Origin: Bugula neritina
Taxonomy: Eukaryota; Animalia; Bryozoa
Assembly (NCBI GenBank): GCA_964035545.1
Contig: OZ037767.1
Location: 12,943,801-13,007,800 of the forward strand
Direction: 5' to 3'
Length of the DNA: 64,000 nt
Below, one piece after another: positions 1 through 13,921 of this stretch; the stretch's first letter is position 1, and the number at the start of each line of letters is the position of its first letter. Below the pieces are notes generated by a model that saw nothing but the letters and a program-made list of their open reading frames with translations, had not been told where the DNA came from and ran no database searches. The translations under genes were made by a program, and so were the position numbers.

Positions 1-3000
1 TGCTGTTTGGCCTTACTAGGTCGCCGCCCCTCCTTCTTAGCCCGGACTAGGTCAGCTACTACCACAGGTAGTATAGCTTGGAGCCGACACAGCTCTTTGA
101 CGTTCCAGAGCAGCGTGGAGTTTGCATGAAGGTTGTTGACAGCTTTATTAGGGGGTTCGAACCGGAGTTGTCCTTCCTCCCAGCTGTATATACCTGCTTT
201 TCCCACCTGTTCTTTCACGTCTGAGCAAGGGGGTCCATCATTCCTGTGCTTGATATTTAGGCATTGCTTACATCAACCTGCTTGGCATGAGGCTTAATCC
301 GTTAGCATTACCATGTTTCTTACCGGGTCGGTGTTCAATTTGGTACAAAAACTCTGCCAGGATTTCAAGCCAGCGTGCCACACGGCTAGATGGTTCAGCC
401 TGTCGACACAGTCATATCAAAGACGCATGGTCCGTTTGTAATCTGAACGTACACTCATACAGATACTGTCTAAAGTGTTTTACTGTCTTGACTACTGCCA
501 GAAGCTCTCTCCTGGCCGTGCCGTAGTTCTTTTCAGGCGCCGACAGAGCTTTACTATGGTAAACTACCACCACCTCGCAACCATCTTGGACCTGAGACAA
601 CACAGCCCCTACATTGTGGTTACTGGCATCAGTATCCAAAATGTAATCCCTCGTCGAATCAGGATACGCCAAGATGGGCGCCTCCACTAAGCGATCCTTG
701 AGGTGGTCAAATGCCTGCTGTTCTGCATACGTTTACTGCCATCGCACCCCCTTTGCTGTCAGCCGGTTTAGTGGCTGCGCAGTTCTTGCAAAGTGCGGTA
801 TGTACTGATGATAGTACTCTACCAGCCTCAGGAATGCCCGCAATTCAGAGAGATCAACAGGGACGGCGCAGTCCCTCACAGCCCGTACCTTCTCGAGGTC
901 GGTGGCGACCCGGTCTTGACCGACTACATGGCTTAGGTACTTGACCTCTTGTTGCAGTAATGCACACTTAGAGGGATTGAGCTTTAGACAAGCAGCTTGG
1001 AGTCTGTCAAACACCTCTCTGAGCCGACTGACGTGAGTGTCGAAGTCGGGGGAGATGACAATGACATCATCGAGATAGATGAGCAAGGTCTTCTAGTGGA
1101 ACCTACTCAGGATCTGCTCCATGAGTTACTGGAAGGTGGCCGGCGCAGACGTAAGTAAGAACGGCGGCACCTTCCACTTCCAGAGCCCGTCCCGCGTAAT
1201 AAACGCAGCCTTGTCCTGTGCATCAGGTGTCAGGAGCACCTGCCAATACCCGTTTAGCAAGTCCAGCGTACTGAAGAACTTGATACCAGCTAAGGCATCT
1301 AGCGACTTGTCGATCCTAGGAAGAGGATAAGCGTCCTGGATAGTCACGCTGTTCAGTTTGCGATAATCCACGTAAAACCTCCAGCTTCCATCTTTTTTCT
1401 GAACCAGGACAACTGGAGAGCTCCAAGCACCATGGGCTGGTTCAATCAGGTCTCGGTTCAGAAAGTCTTGCACCTGTCGGCTCACTTCCTTTTTCTTTTC
1501 AGGACCTAACCGGCGGGTTGGCTGCCTGATAGGCACCGTCCCAGCTGCCAGGGGTATCTCATGACAGACAGCCTTAGCCAGGCCTATGTCATGGTCGCCG
1601 CAACTGAACACGTCCTTGTACTCAGAGAGTAGCCGCCCCATGACTAGCCGTTCTCGCTTGCCCTCACAGCCATCACAGGCTTCCCTGTACAAATCTACCA
1701 ATCGTTCAGGCACCGACCCCCTGTCGTGCTTAGTGGGTACTCCCCGAGCCTCCTCCGCCGTCTCCAGGGCGGGCCCGACATCCTCCTCTTCTATGGGGTG
1801 GAACTTCCCCACTAGTGATCTAGCCGGCAATTCTACCGGCTCCGTGAAAATATTCACACTGGACCAAGAACTCCCCCGCTCATCCAGCCTATTCAGACTG
1901 TTAGCGAGCTGGACACCCCCCAGTGCACCTTTCACCACTCCTAAGTCGGAGATTTCCTTACAGTTCACTCTGCAGCGAACTGTAGCCCGAGAGCGCTCAG
2001 GTACAGTACAGCGCTGTACCACCTGCACTCCCCCCACCAAGGGTCTGCCAAATTGGTCCACACAAGCCAGCTCATGCCCGGTCATTACCACCGCCGACTT
2101 ATTAAAGTCAATGTGGCACTTGTGTCGCTTCAGAAATAGCATGCCCAAAATGGTGTCCTTCTTGAGTTGACTGACGATGAAAGTCTGGCTGACCACGGAC
2201 TCTACCAGTCAACTCTATCACGCCATAAAATTGAATACACGGCCCGTCCGCCAACGTGCCGTGTTCCCCTTCATATGGCTCCAGGTTTGCCCGGTCCCTA
2301 GCACTGAGTGTGTCAAACAGACGCCGGCTCAGAAGATTTGTGGTACACCCCGTATCCAGTAGAAATGGGGCAGCTTTTCCGGCAAGTTTACCGGGAAAGA
2401 AATAACTGCTTTCTGATTGCGAGAAGGTTGTCGACGTTTAGCGGGCAAGCGGGTTACATCTTGGTCTTGCTCACACACGGGCAGCCGAATGAATGCTCGG
2501 TCTCGCACTCGAGGGGGGAATCGAGGGAAGTCCCGGTCTTGCTCCCACTCATCGTACATCCCTTAATCAGGCAAACCTTCAAAGCGGTTTTTGAGTGCCC
2601 AAGCCGGAGGTTTTGGCAGGCCTTGCGGCCTACTAACTCTCCTTGGGGCTTGCCACTCCGACGAAGTTGGCCTCCTCACGCGGCTGGGTTTGAGCCTTGG
2701 TTTTGGCCTTGGACCATTAAACCAGGGCCCACGATCGGCAGAGTCTGTCGTGGGCCGTTTTCGTTTAACTGCTTCCTTCTACCGTGGGGGCAGCTTTGTA
2801 CAAAGTGCCCGTCACTACCATAACCCCAGCATACGGTGCTCGCCTGCCGACTACAGCTGTCGGTGACTTGGTGGGTTGCTCAGCTGTTGACTGTTGGCGT
2901 AGATTCCTGATCTCGGCTCGCAGATCTCGAACCAAGCTTGTGGTCAAGCTAGTCGGCTCGTCGGCTGCTGCCGTGGTGACATGCACAGCCGACTTGGCTG

Positions 3001-3657
3001 ACGGTGTCAACGCGTCGTCATTGGCCTCATCTTGCTGGACTGTCGCCCCAGGCCGGCACGTACTGTCAGCTTGGAAATAAGCATTCTCAACCCTGAGAGC
3101 TCACGCCATAGTCTCAACCTCAGCTACCAGCAAGTGTTGCTTCAGCCCTAGGTTATTGATAGACGGGAGGAACGCATCTAGTGCGAGACTCTGCCGACCA
3201 TTCATAGGCAAGTTATCATAGGCGACTTGTGCTAGCCGTTCAACTACGGTCGCGTGCTCTCTCAAGGTAGTCTTAGGTTTTCTCCTAAGCCCTTGGGGCT
3301 GCACACGAGCATCCCGAGCAGTAAGCTCAAACCGGGCTCTTTACGTCCTGATCAATCCCATAAGGTTTGGCCGGCCCCGTCAGGCACAACCATAGCTGAA
3401 TCAGAGTAACCCTGACAGGCCATCGACAGATGGCTGCCACATCACTGAACTCAGCAATAAATTGCTCCACATCTTTTTCCCCAGAGAAGATGGGAGCCTG
3501 CAAGTGGTACCTGTCCATAGGCAGCGCTAGGTCGCCTATGCCGTCCTCCATAGCTACTGGTTCGACTAGTTCTTGAAGAGGTATGTCCTCCTCGTCGGCC
3601 ATCTTTTACTCTCTGGCTAGGAGCATTTGCAGTAAATAGATCCCACCGCTGCCACCA
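1..3657 (-). mobile_element. Ty3/Gypsy LTR retrotransposon internal region (gag-PR-RT-RNaseH), degraded, runs off left edge
   Basis: Gag pieces at 3602-2765 include a CCHC-like knuckle (CWGYGSDGHFVQSC). Protease FLLDTG near 2350. RT motifs WSSPVVLV..KKDGSWRFYVDYRKLN and YLDD (ORFs 1126-2196, 733-1086). RNase H ILDTDAS..GAVLSQ and RELLAVV (412-687). Many stops and frameshifts. Lies in an intron of the metalloprotease gene, same strand. Confidence 0.95.
3640..3657 (-). promoter_or_regulatory. Primer-binding site complementary to tRNA-Leu 3' end
   Basis: Minus strand TGGTGGCAGCGGTGGGAT, 1 nt after the LTR end; complementary to the ...ATCCCACCGCTGCCA-CCA end of eukaryotic tRNA-Leu. Confidence 0.85.
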
Positions 3658-3658
3658 C

Positions 3659-4142
3659 TGTTGTGAATTTATGCTTCACTTGCAATCAATGGGTCTATTT
3701 ATGCAAAGCCACTTCACTATATTTGTAATTCTAAGTGTTTCTTCAATGTAAATTAGACAAAAATAAAATGTACAACTAATATAAAACGTTACATAATAGA
3801 GAGAGATACAGTACAAAAGACGTCACATTAGCTTTATCGAGTCCTGTCTGCCGTCTAGTCAAGCACGCTAACTACTAGTACAAGTTATTCGTACCTCCTA
3901 CTAAGCTGATTGGCTATTCACGCATGCTAGCTATTATCTTTAATTAACTAGTTTTGCCTTGGTTCACAGCGTACATTAGTAGTTAATAATTACTGTCTAA
4001 CCGAGTATAGGAGAGACGCTAAGCATTACGGTTGTCAGCTATCACGATAGTTGATCTGCTGCAATTGTAGACAGTGTGCCATGATGCATATAGGGAATAA
4101 GCAACGAGGAGTTGTCTTTTCAGCAATCCAAAAATCTCTACA
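3659..4142 (-). mobile_element. 5' LTR of the Gypsy element
   Basis: Minus strand begins TGTAGAGA, ends CACAACA, and abuts the PBS. Its first ~280 bp recur at 48406-48687. Confidence 0.85.
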
Positions 4143-4149
4143 CCATACA

Positions 4150-4505
4150 CGAATTTACTACAATAGTTCCCATAATGCTACATCTTAAAATCAAAACTCT
4201 CAATATCCTAAAATTATTTTTGTAAAAAAATTCAAACTAATGAAAAAACTTTTTAATTGCCAAATATAATTCTTTTCACAAGATGAAACTCATTTTAGAC
4301 AAAGTGAGTTGTTCAGGACACTAGCTATTAAAAATCTTTTTTAAAGGCGAAGCCTACAACAGAGCTAGTCCTTAATTACGACTCTGTATACTCTTCATTT
4401 ATGGAAACAATACAATGGGTATTTTAATTGTTCTCACCACTCAGTCAACAATCACATAAGAACTTGTTTTTCTATTTCACTCACTCAAATTTTTAATCAA
4501 CCAAC
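4150..4505. repeat. Dispersed repeat, inverted copy at about 16247-16600
   Basis: gcctacaacagagctag..acaatacaatgggtattttaattgttctcacca matches the reverse complement of 16312-16400, and the flanks also align. Confidence 0.75.
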
Positions 4506-4646
4506 TCTGACGTAATATTTCATTCTCTTACCAGACTTATATTTTTAGCATGAGATCTTGTCCTTTAATTCAAACTTTTAACTGAAACTGTAAATTTAAT
4601 TACTTTTGAGAAACAAGTAGCAAAATTTAAAAGTATGATGACTTAC

Positions 4647-7600
4647 AGAGTAGGAGTAATAGTAGGTATCACCAAATTCCTGTCGACACTGTTCATCTGC
4701 ATCAAAAGTTTGACCTATATACCCAGTGTAGTCCTCACTCCATGATGCTATGTATAACCCGTCATTATTAAAGCAGTTGTTGCCATCACTATTAACAATA
4801 AAAAAAGGGGGTGTTAGTTTATAACTCTTATACTAGATGCATTTACTGCTGGTACATAATTTCAGTTTAAGACAGGTGGAAGTGTATTTCTGTATATCAA
4901 AAGCACCCAATCGATAAATTCTTAAAAAGAAGGCAGAATTTTGAGAGTTGATGGTATGTGATTTGAGAAGATACACAAAAGTTTTCTATAACACAAGCTG
5001 TTTTGGGTTTCTATGCATAATTTATATAGAAAAGCATAAAAATTTACATGTACTATCAATATAAAATTAACCTTCTGCTGCTTACAATATATAACACTAT
5101 GCTATAAAAGCTGTATAATAGATGCAATATTTTCTATTTTAATGTCATATTGTTAGAAAATTGAACAGCACAGCTTTCTAGTGCTACTAAAAAATTGGAT
5201 TATAACTGGGCTGCAAAGCTGGGTTACAGAGCCGAGCTACAGAGCAAGGCTAAAGAGCTGGGTTACAGAGCCGGGCTACAGAGCAAGGCTACAGAGCCAG
5301 GCTGCAGAGCCAGGTTACAGAGCCGGGCTACAGAGCAAGGCTAAAGAGCAAGGCTACAGAGCCAGGCTGCAGAGCCAGGTTACAGAGCCGGGCTACAGAG
5401 CAAGGCTAAAGAGCTGGGCTGCAGAGCCAGGCTACAGAGCAAGGCTAAAGAGCTGGGTTACAAAGCCGGGCTACAGAGCAAGGCTACAGAGCCAGGCTGC
5501 AGAGCCAGGTTACAGAGCCGGGCTACAGAGCAAGGCTAAAGAGCTGGGCTGCAGAGCCAGGCTAAAGAGCCACGTTATGGAGCCTCACTGTTCAGTGCCC
5601 AACCTGTTAAGTATAGTGATGTAAGCATCAAAATAATCGACTGAACATGTAGAGAACTTCCAAGGATTTCCAATGTTGGTGGAGTCAGTAAACCCTACAG
5701 AAGGCGCCATAACATACTTGTCTGACCCCAGGCAAGAGTTACCATCTTGATCATGGCTGGCTCCAAGACTACAAGTTGAACAACAAAATAATGGGCCATT
5801 TTAACTTTACCGCAATATTCTAGCCACTTGTGACTCAATCACCATAAACAACTTGCTTAAAAAGGATTTGATTCAATATTTAAGGAACTTCTACTGCATG
5901 GAACTATAAAAAATTCAACTGAATAACATGTATTTGTTAAAAAAAGTTTTATAATGTTTCTGTTGTAAAAAACTGGTAAACATGTATATATAAATTGCAC
6001 AATTCTAATACTTCATGTGTTTTCTTCCAGTTAAGAATTCAAAGAAATTTAGCTAGTTACTGTTATGATGAATTTTATTACAGGAAGCTTATTACAAATA
6101 TTTATAAAATGGTTAATTTTAAAATTGAACTTCCACCTCTGCTATAGCACTACTACACCACTACTATGTCATTAACACACCATTATGATATCATTTTTAC
6201 GATGCAAATTTTGCTTTTTGGACACTATTATTGTACCATTACTACAAATATTAATGTACAATTGCTGTATTATTACTATACCATTCTAGATGATTATTTT
6301 GCCCTTACTATATCATTACTACATAATTATTATATATACTATTACTACACCATAACTATGTTATAATCATTATATAATTATGTGTGATATTATAAAATAT
6401 TTCATCAAAAGGTAAGTACATTGAATTATCTAATTACATCAAGCTTAGCATTTTTAATTTAGTTCAAAAAACCAGTCGGTCAAGAGAGGTACAGGTCTGG
6501 GTTCAAAAATCAAACTACTGAATTGTTAATGAAAAAACACGCAAGAGTTCTGCAATGCTAAGAATTTCCATCTCTCACAGCATGCTAGCTAACACTCTAG
6601 ATTGTTTAGATCTATCAAGATCTATTGCAAGACCTAATGCTTTGAATTAACTAGAGTAAATACTGTACGTGTCATCCACTTACTTGTGACCTAGCTCGTG
6701 AGCTAGTACTGTGGAACTTGTAAACTCATTTATCGATAAGGGGTTGCTCCCACATGCACCTGACAACCAAGCTAAGCCAGCATTAGAAGTAGCTCCGTTT
6801 GATGTCAAATCCAAACTAAAGATTGCAAATATAACTACCAGATATCTCAATAACATAGGACATGCAACAATCCTACCATCATAAAAATGGTTAAATTCTG
6901 GCAAGATAGTGTCTAGAGAATAAACTACAAGAGGACAGATATCTTTCATAAGATGATAAGTTTGTGTCTCCATAAATTGGAGAATAATGAATGAGCACAA
7001 AAAACTTTAAACTAAACGCTATACAATTTTAATGCGTTTAAGTCTAATTATTATCAAGTACATATTATAGTGTTTCAATAAATAATTATTTAGCAGGCCA
7101 AATGATTTTATTCTATATACCACATCTTTTATCAGTATATGCATATATAAGACATATTCTATAAATAGGTCAACAGAACGTATTGATTGCTTTAAAGAAT
7201 GTATAGGTAGAATGTTTCCGTTAAAATTGTTTGGAGTCAAACCTAGCTGACAATTAATGTTCTATATGCCAGTATTAGTATAACAGTCTGTAGCTGAAAA
7301 AAGATTAAAATACACATGAAAAAAACGAGAAATAAAAAATGCAAGCTTTAATTTACAAACCTGAATTTAGAAATAAACAGTTTACAGGGAGACAACATCA
7401 TACCACTAATCAACAACTTTTATGAATGTTTATATATTTTGCTGACTGATGGCAGATAGAGTACCTCGTCACTAGCATGTAGTGGTCAGCATCAGCTGGC
7501 AGGGTGCCAGCATTAGAGCTGCGCCAACTGGTAAAGGCATCCAGTCCTACTCCCGAATCCAGATAGCCAGTGCTGCCACCAGGGTAGGTCCAGCTAGAGT

Positions 7601-10600
7601 CAGACCCAGTCTAGATGTGGTAAATCAAAGAGATATAATATATCAGATTTTGTTTGAGAAACTGCAGTATTGAAAATATTATTTTCAATACTGCAGTTTC
7701 TCAAACAAAATCTGTGTGTTACAGAAAAAAAATTTTCTTTATGGTACCTTTATTTTTTTCCCTAAGCACAATTGCTATGAGATTTTAATAGTTTGAAAAA
7801 ACTGAAACTGATGGCCACAGCCCATGATATTACAAGCCAGCCATTCAACAACCAAACTACATTTTTTCTCATAGAATTAGGAGCATGTGCTTTTTGTGAC
7901 AAGCATACGTTAAAATTTTGAAAATTATTTTTACAACATTCATGAATAAACAAATCAGTCACCCTGTTGTTTACCTGCATTTAACAGACTTACTTACTAA
8001 CTTACATCTGCTATGTGTATGTACGACAGCTTGGTGCCGATTGTCCAAGTGTATGTAGGGTCAACACTGGCGGCATCAATGTTCCTATACCGAACATCAA
8101 TCTGCAGAAAAATATGAGGAACACCACATGTATATAATGCAGGAAGCTAAACAGTGATGATCTACTTCAATTTATACTAATAGGTTTATATGGGTACTAG
8201 CTGAGCATTCTGTGTAACATTCATGCTGTTTTAAATATTCAATAGCAATGCAAGGCTAAAAACTTTAAAAATCAGTAACATAGCTTGATGCATTTATTAC
8301 AGGTGATTACACTTTGATTTTTGATCTTCAAGAAAAAAGACAGACGCATTTGCGGAAATTACCGTGGCATCTCATTATTCTCTAATCCAGGGAAGGTATT
8401 AGCCCGTATATTACTCAATAGACTCACACAACACGTAGAACAGTTTCTCTCAGAAGCTCAGGGCGGTTTTCGGGCAGGTAGAGGCATGAAATTTTTACAG
8501 AGGTACAGACATGATATTTTTACTAAGACAGATTCAGGAAAAATGTATAGAACAGAATATGCCTCTATACATGATCTTTGTTGATTTCACCAAGGCATTC
8601 GATGCAGTAACCCGATCGACATAGTGGATGGTTTTAAGAAGGCTTGGCTGCCCAGACCAGTTCACTAACTTGATTGCAGCCCCACATACGGAAATGAAAG
8701 CCTCTGTCAACGTGGAAGGAAATCTCTCAGCACCATTGGATATCACAAACGGTGTAAAACAAGGCTGCGTGCTGGCTTTGACCCTGTTCTCTATCTATTT
8801 CACTATGGTTATGAACCATGCTTTTGATGGCTATGATAAGGGTGTATGAATTCAATCAAGACCTGGCGCTGACTTTTTCAATGTCAATCAGTTCAAATCT
8901 TCCGCCAAAACAAGAAAGGCTCATCAGAGAACTCATGTTTGTTGACGACACTGAATTTGTTGCCCACTACCATCAGCAGGCTCAAGAAACCATCACTCAT
9001 TTTGCAAAATCTGCCAAAGACTTTGTACTAAAGATAAATATAACCAAAACAGAGATGATGTATTAACCACTACCAGGAAAACATGATGAGGAAGAAAAAA
9101 TCGGCATAGATGGAGAATTCCTCAACACAGTCAAGAACTTTAAATACCTTGGCTAAACCATCACAAACAGCAACAAACTTGATCAAGAACTCCAATTAAG
9201 AATGTCAAAAGTGTTACAAACTTTCGGAAGGCTACGAGAAAAGGTTTGGGATAGCGGAGACCTGACAACTAAGACAAAATGTGCAGTGTACCAAGCCACT
9301 GTTCTATCTACACTGCTAAATGGAGTGGAGTCATGGACAGTCTATAAGATCACGGCACACAAGCTAAATGCCTTTCTTATGAATCAACTAAGACAGATAT
9401 TGTCAGTGAAATGGTGGCATTTTGTATCTAATATGAAGATCCTCAAGAAAACCAACATTACCCGTCTATATGACACCCTCATCCAAAAAATTCTAAGATG
9501 GGCCGGACATATCAACAGATTAGACAACACCAGGATCCCAAAACAGGTTCTATACTCACAGCTAACAGAAGGCTCCCGTGACATTGGCAGACCGAGGCTC
9601 CGTTACAAAGATACCATCAAACGCAACCTTAAAGACAAGAGGATATGGCAAATGCTGTCATGGCATTTGGCAAATGCTGTCACTTGACAGACCCAGATAA
9701 AGACTAATGATACACCAGAAGTCATAGTTGGACACGACAGACAGCAAGATGGTGATGATGATGACGACACTTTGATTTCTTGTCAATTTTGAGTAGAATA
9801 TCATTGCTTATATAACAATGCTCTGTTGAATAAACAGAAAAGGAAACGAAAAGCATGGTTGCTGAGAATTATGTAGAGTTTTAGAAAATAGCTACAGTAG
9901 AGTCAGTTATTTTTTGCTCCTGTATAAAAAAAATCACATTACTCAGAGTGTTTTTAACTTCTTAAACATACTGTTTCAAATACTACCAGTCTCTTAAAAA
10001 CTAAAAACTCTAAAAAACATATTAAAGAGTTGAAGCAGAGCTGTATTATCCACAACCCCTAGAGATGAATACATATTGCTGCTAGACCTTGTGCTCCCAC
10101 TATAAATCAAACCTTAAACCTCCAACTTGCATTAAGCTAGTGGCTACCATTACACTATGGGAGTTACTGGGACATCACAGCACCTCATTCTGCCCAGTTA
10201 TCTGAAACTTTATTTTAACGTTATTGTATTATATGGTAGAAGCAACAAGGGAATGCCTTACCCCGTAGACACACATTGCCGCAAAAATGTCAGCCATTTG
10301 TAGAAATGTCCAAGCTTCCTGTACGGCGTTGCAGTGTGTCAGGATTGAACACTGCTTGATTAAAAAAAGTTGCGTTAGGCTTCTATTGGACAGAAATATG
10401 TTTGCGTCAACTCATTGGATATAGATGTCAAATAAAATTTTGTAGATATCACATTTGAGATCTTCAGTCCGAACACGTTAAAATGGCTGACAGTTTATAT
10501 TACGGCCTACGTGCGGCAAAGTGTGTTTCAGGGGTTAGTAGTTTGTCAGATCAATCTAGACTGATTTATTACTAAAGTTCATAAGTGAACATAACGACAT

Positions 10601-13600
10601 AGTTGACTAAATATCGTTTTGTTGACCTGGCATGACTCTTGCAACTGGTAGCAAAGTAAGTTTCTTGTCCTGATTCACTTAATTACTAAAACATTGCATC
10701 TGTTACTCCATTAGTTCTTGGACTTTGCCAGCCCCTCAAAACTATAAGATTTCTACTGAGAAATCACATTCTGCTAGTCAGTAAAACTAACCTCACTGGC
10801 CAAGTGTCCCATTCTGAATGCTATAAAGTCTTCAGCATCTCCTGACCAACCTATGTCAGTGGCAATTTCAGAGAGGCTTTAAAATAAAATAACAGAGTAT
10901 ATATTTAATTATAGAATAAAGATAAAAATTTGAAGGTAGACACTCCATCTGGGTATTCAAAAATTGATAAAGTTTCAAACTGCTTTAGAATTTACTTTAA
11001 CTCACGTTTCGTGAAGGTAGAAGTCAACAACTAGGTAAATCTGTACAATATACGTTGTGTCTGGCAATGATTGTCTCTTAACTCTTTTACCACTTTTTTC
11101 GGCTGTCACTTTTGCCTCTACCCGCTGTTGTACCTGTATATTTCTCAAGCCATCTGGGCTGTCTGGTTCAGGCCCTGAGAAATAATTTCATTCGAATCTA
11201 GTGATTAAGTGTTACCGCTGATTGTTGATTGCCAATTATGTAATTCAATTATGCAACCAGGAAACTTGTTAACTAACCTGTTACCAATATCAAATATTAG
11301 TGTCAATACAAATGGATAACACTCAGTTAGAGTATCAAATTTTAGTTAGAAAGCCCCCAATTAAAAAAACTCAATTATTTGGACGAGTTGGACTACCTCA
11401 AATATTGCCATCAAATATATGTGCAGATGATATTTAAATATTTAAACTTTAGAATTCTTGTTTGCAGAGAAAGATTTTTTTTAAAAAAATTATTTATTTC
11501 AGGGTTATTAAGTGAGAAAGTTGTTGAAACCCTATTACACATATGCACCATTTTATCAATAAGATGATATATTTAAACGCATTTGAATACTTTAACCTCC
11601 GAAAGATAACAGAAGATGGTATGACCACTTTATAATTCTTAATACTAAAATAAATGCAACTAATTTTCCAATATCATCTTTTTTTTACTCTTGATGTTTT
11701 TAAATCAAGTCATTCAGTTAGAGGTCATCTATTTAGTGTTAGACCCAAATATTTTTAGAGCAGCTAAAAAAAACAATTCTTAGGAGCAACTTTGGAAGTT
11801 AAAAAGAAATTTGACAAAAGCATAACAAGAAAGCAAAAATATCATGAGTTGTATTAATAAACTTATAATTTAATTTAGCAAAAATAGAATAAGCAGAAAT
11901 ATTACAGCAATTAAATTGAAGCATTCAAATATTTTAAAGCTTATTTGCATGAACACACAACTACTACATGCAACACACTGCAGATGGTTTGACTGTTTCT
12001 GAATCAATTTCAAGCATGACATAACCCCACAAAATGGTTGCAGAAGGAGGAAATAATAAGAAAAATAAATATTGTAAAGAGCCTTTGTTTTTGATAAAAA
12101 TTTTATTAAAAAGAACTAATTTCTCAACCAACCAAGACTCAGATTATTAACAAGCTGCATGTATAGCAACATAACAAGTGTGCTAACTCATTTTCATGTA
12201 CAAGTTTTTTACTGTTTGATTATTTGGTTAAAATAAAGAGAAATATCTTTTCACACATGAGTTCGACCAATGAAATCTGAGAAACACTTCTCTAGATATC
12301 AAAATAACATGTGGCATATATATAGACTACAAGTTAGGTTGGAATGAACAGCAGAGTTACATGTCTAAATAGAACAGTGGAAAAGCTAAAGCATCTAAAT
12401 CAGAGGTGTCCAGTCTTTTCAGACTAAGGCGGGGGGGGGGGAGAGCTACATCCGGCCCTGGCGCCACCTGCTAGACATCCCTGATCTAAGTTTTTAAATA
12501 ACAAAGCTTAGGTAAAACAAGAGAGTGTATAAGTCTCATACGTCTGTAGTCTTCGGATGGGCCAAAACTTGTTTCGCTTGACTTGGTTATCATAATATCA
12601 CCTTCTTTGGCTTCAACACTCCGTTTATGGATATTAGGGTGGTAAGGATCAATATGAAATCTTGTATTGTTCAGTAAAAAGCTTCCTTTCTGTAATTTAT
12701 TATGATTGGCTGGGTAAAAATGTGAAGATGGCATTGAACATCAATAGGCAGAAAAAACATTTCATGGTATACTTGGAATAACTGGTGGGTTTGCAACAAA
12801 GAAAGTGTAGTAAACACTTTGAGCAAGCTAACACAGAAAGCTGCTCTTGTGCTTTTTTAGCTGCAACCATTTAATTAGCTTTTGTTACATTAAAGTAAGC
12901 ACAAGTGTTTCATTTATACTACTAAACTGCAGCTGAAGCTTGACACATTTGTATAAAGTTCTGAAAGCAATCTACAAAAAGCAACACTTTGTTGCTAGTA
13001 AATTCCCATGTTGACAAGGAGTAAACTTGGAGGATATAAAAACATTAGGTTAACAAGATTTCTTAAATCAAATGCAACACAATTTTCAAACCCACTAGTT
13101 TAGTTGTTGGTATAGTTGGCAAAACATACAAGTAGCACGAGAGGAATACTTGTTATAAATTGGAACCACCTTGGCAAGATTTTTGCTGCACACACACATA
13201 TATATAAACATACATGTTTTTGGTGAGCAACTGCTCGGAGAACCAACATATTGTAAATAACTGACAGCCATGAGAATAAAATACAAAGTTAGTAGGCAAG
13301 CTTATCAAACAAGTGAATGACTCAGAAGTAAGTAAAACTAGTAGTGACTGCTAAAACTACAAGTCAGGTTAAAATATAAAATATGTTCATTAGGCCATTA
13401 GAGAAGTAGCAAAAATTTGCTGCAGCAAGATACCTTTGCTTTCAAGTGTTTGAGGTACGTATATGTAATCTTGCACTTTTTATTTCACATTCAGTTACAA
13501 ACGTGGCATTGTTGAGTAAAATAGAAAGCAGTTTAAAAATCAATATAAAGAAATCACCAGCTTATAGCTTGTATTGAAAATCATACCTATAGCTATTAGG

Positions 13601-13879
13601 GCTTTATCAATGTAATTGAAAATCAATACAGCCTCACTGTATTTAATTGTTTGAGTTTATTACAAAGTCATGAAGGAAATCAAACCTAAACCTATTTTGA
13701 ATAGGCATTATTCTTATAAAAACAGAGGTTGTTAATGTAAATAAACAATAACACAAAACATAGTTTTCTAGCTCACTGTAAAACCACTGCAGTAGTCACT
13801 ACAAACCAAGCATGCATGCCGCATTTCTCTACCATTAGATACACACACACACACCCTCTCACACGCACGCACACAACGC

Positions 13880-13921
<42 letters not shown>

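Noticed and set aside
5181-5624. 147-aa repetitive ORF; array superficially CRISPR-like
   Set aside because: Head-to-tail 13-bp minisatellite with no unique spacers, intronic and antisense. No CRISPR evidence anywhere in the window.
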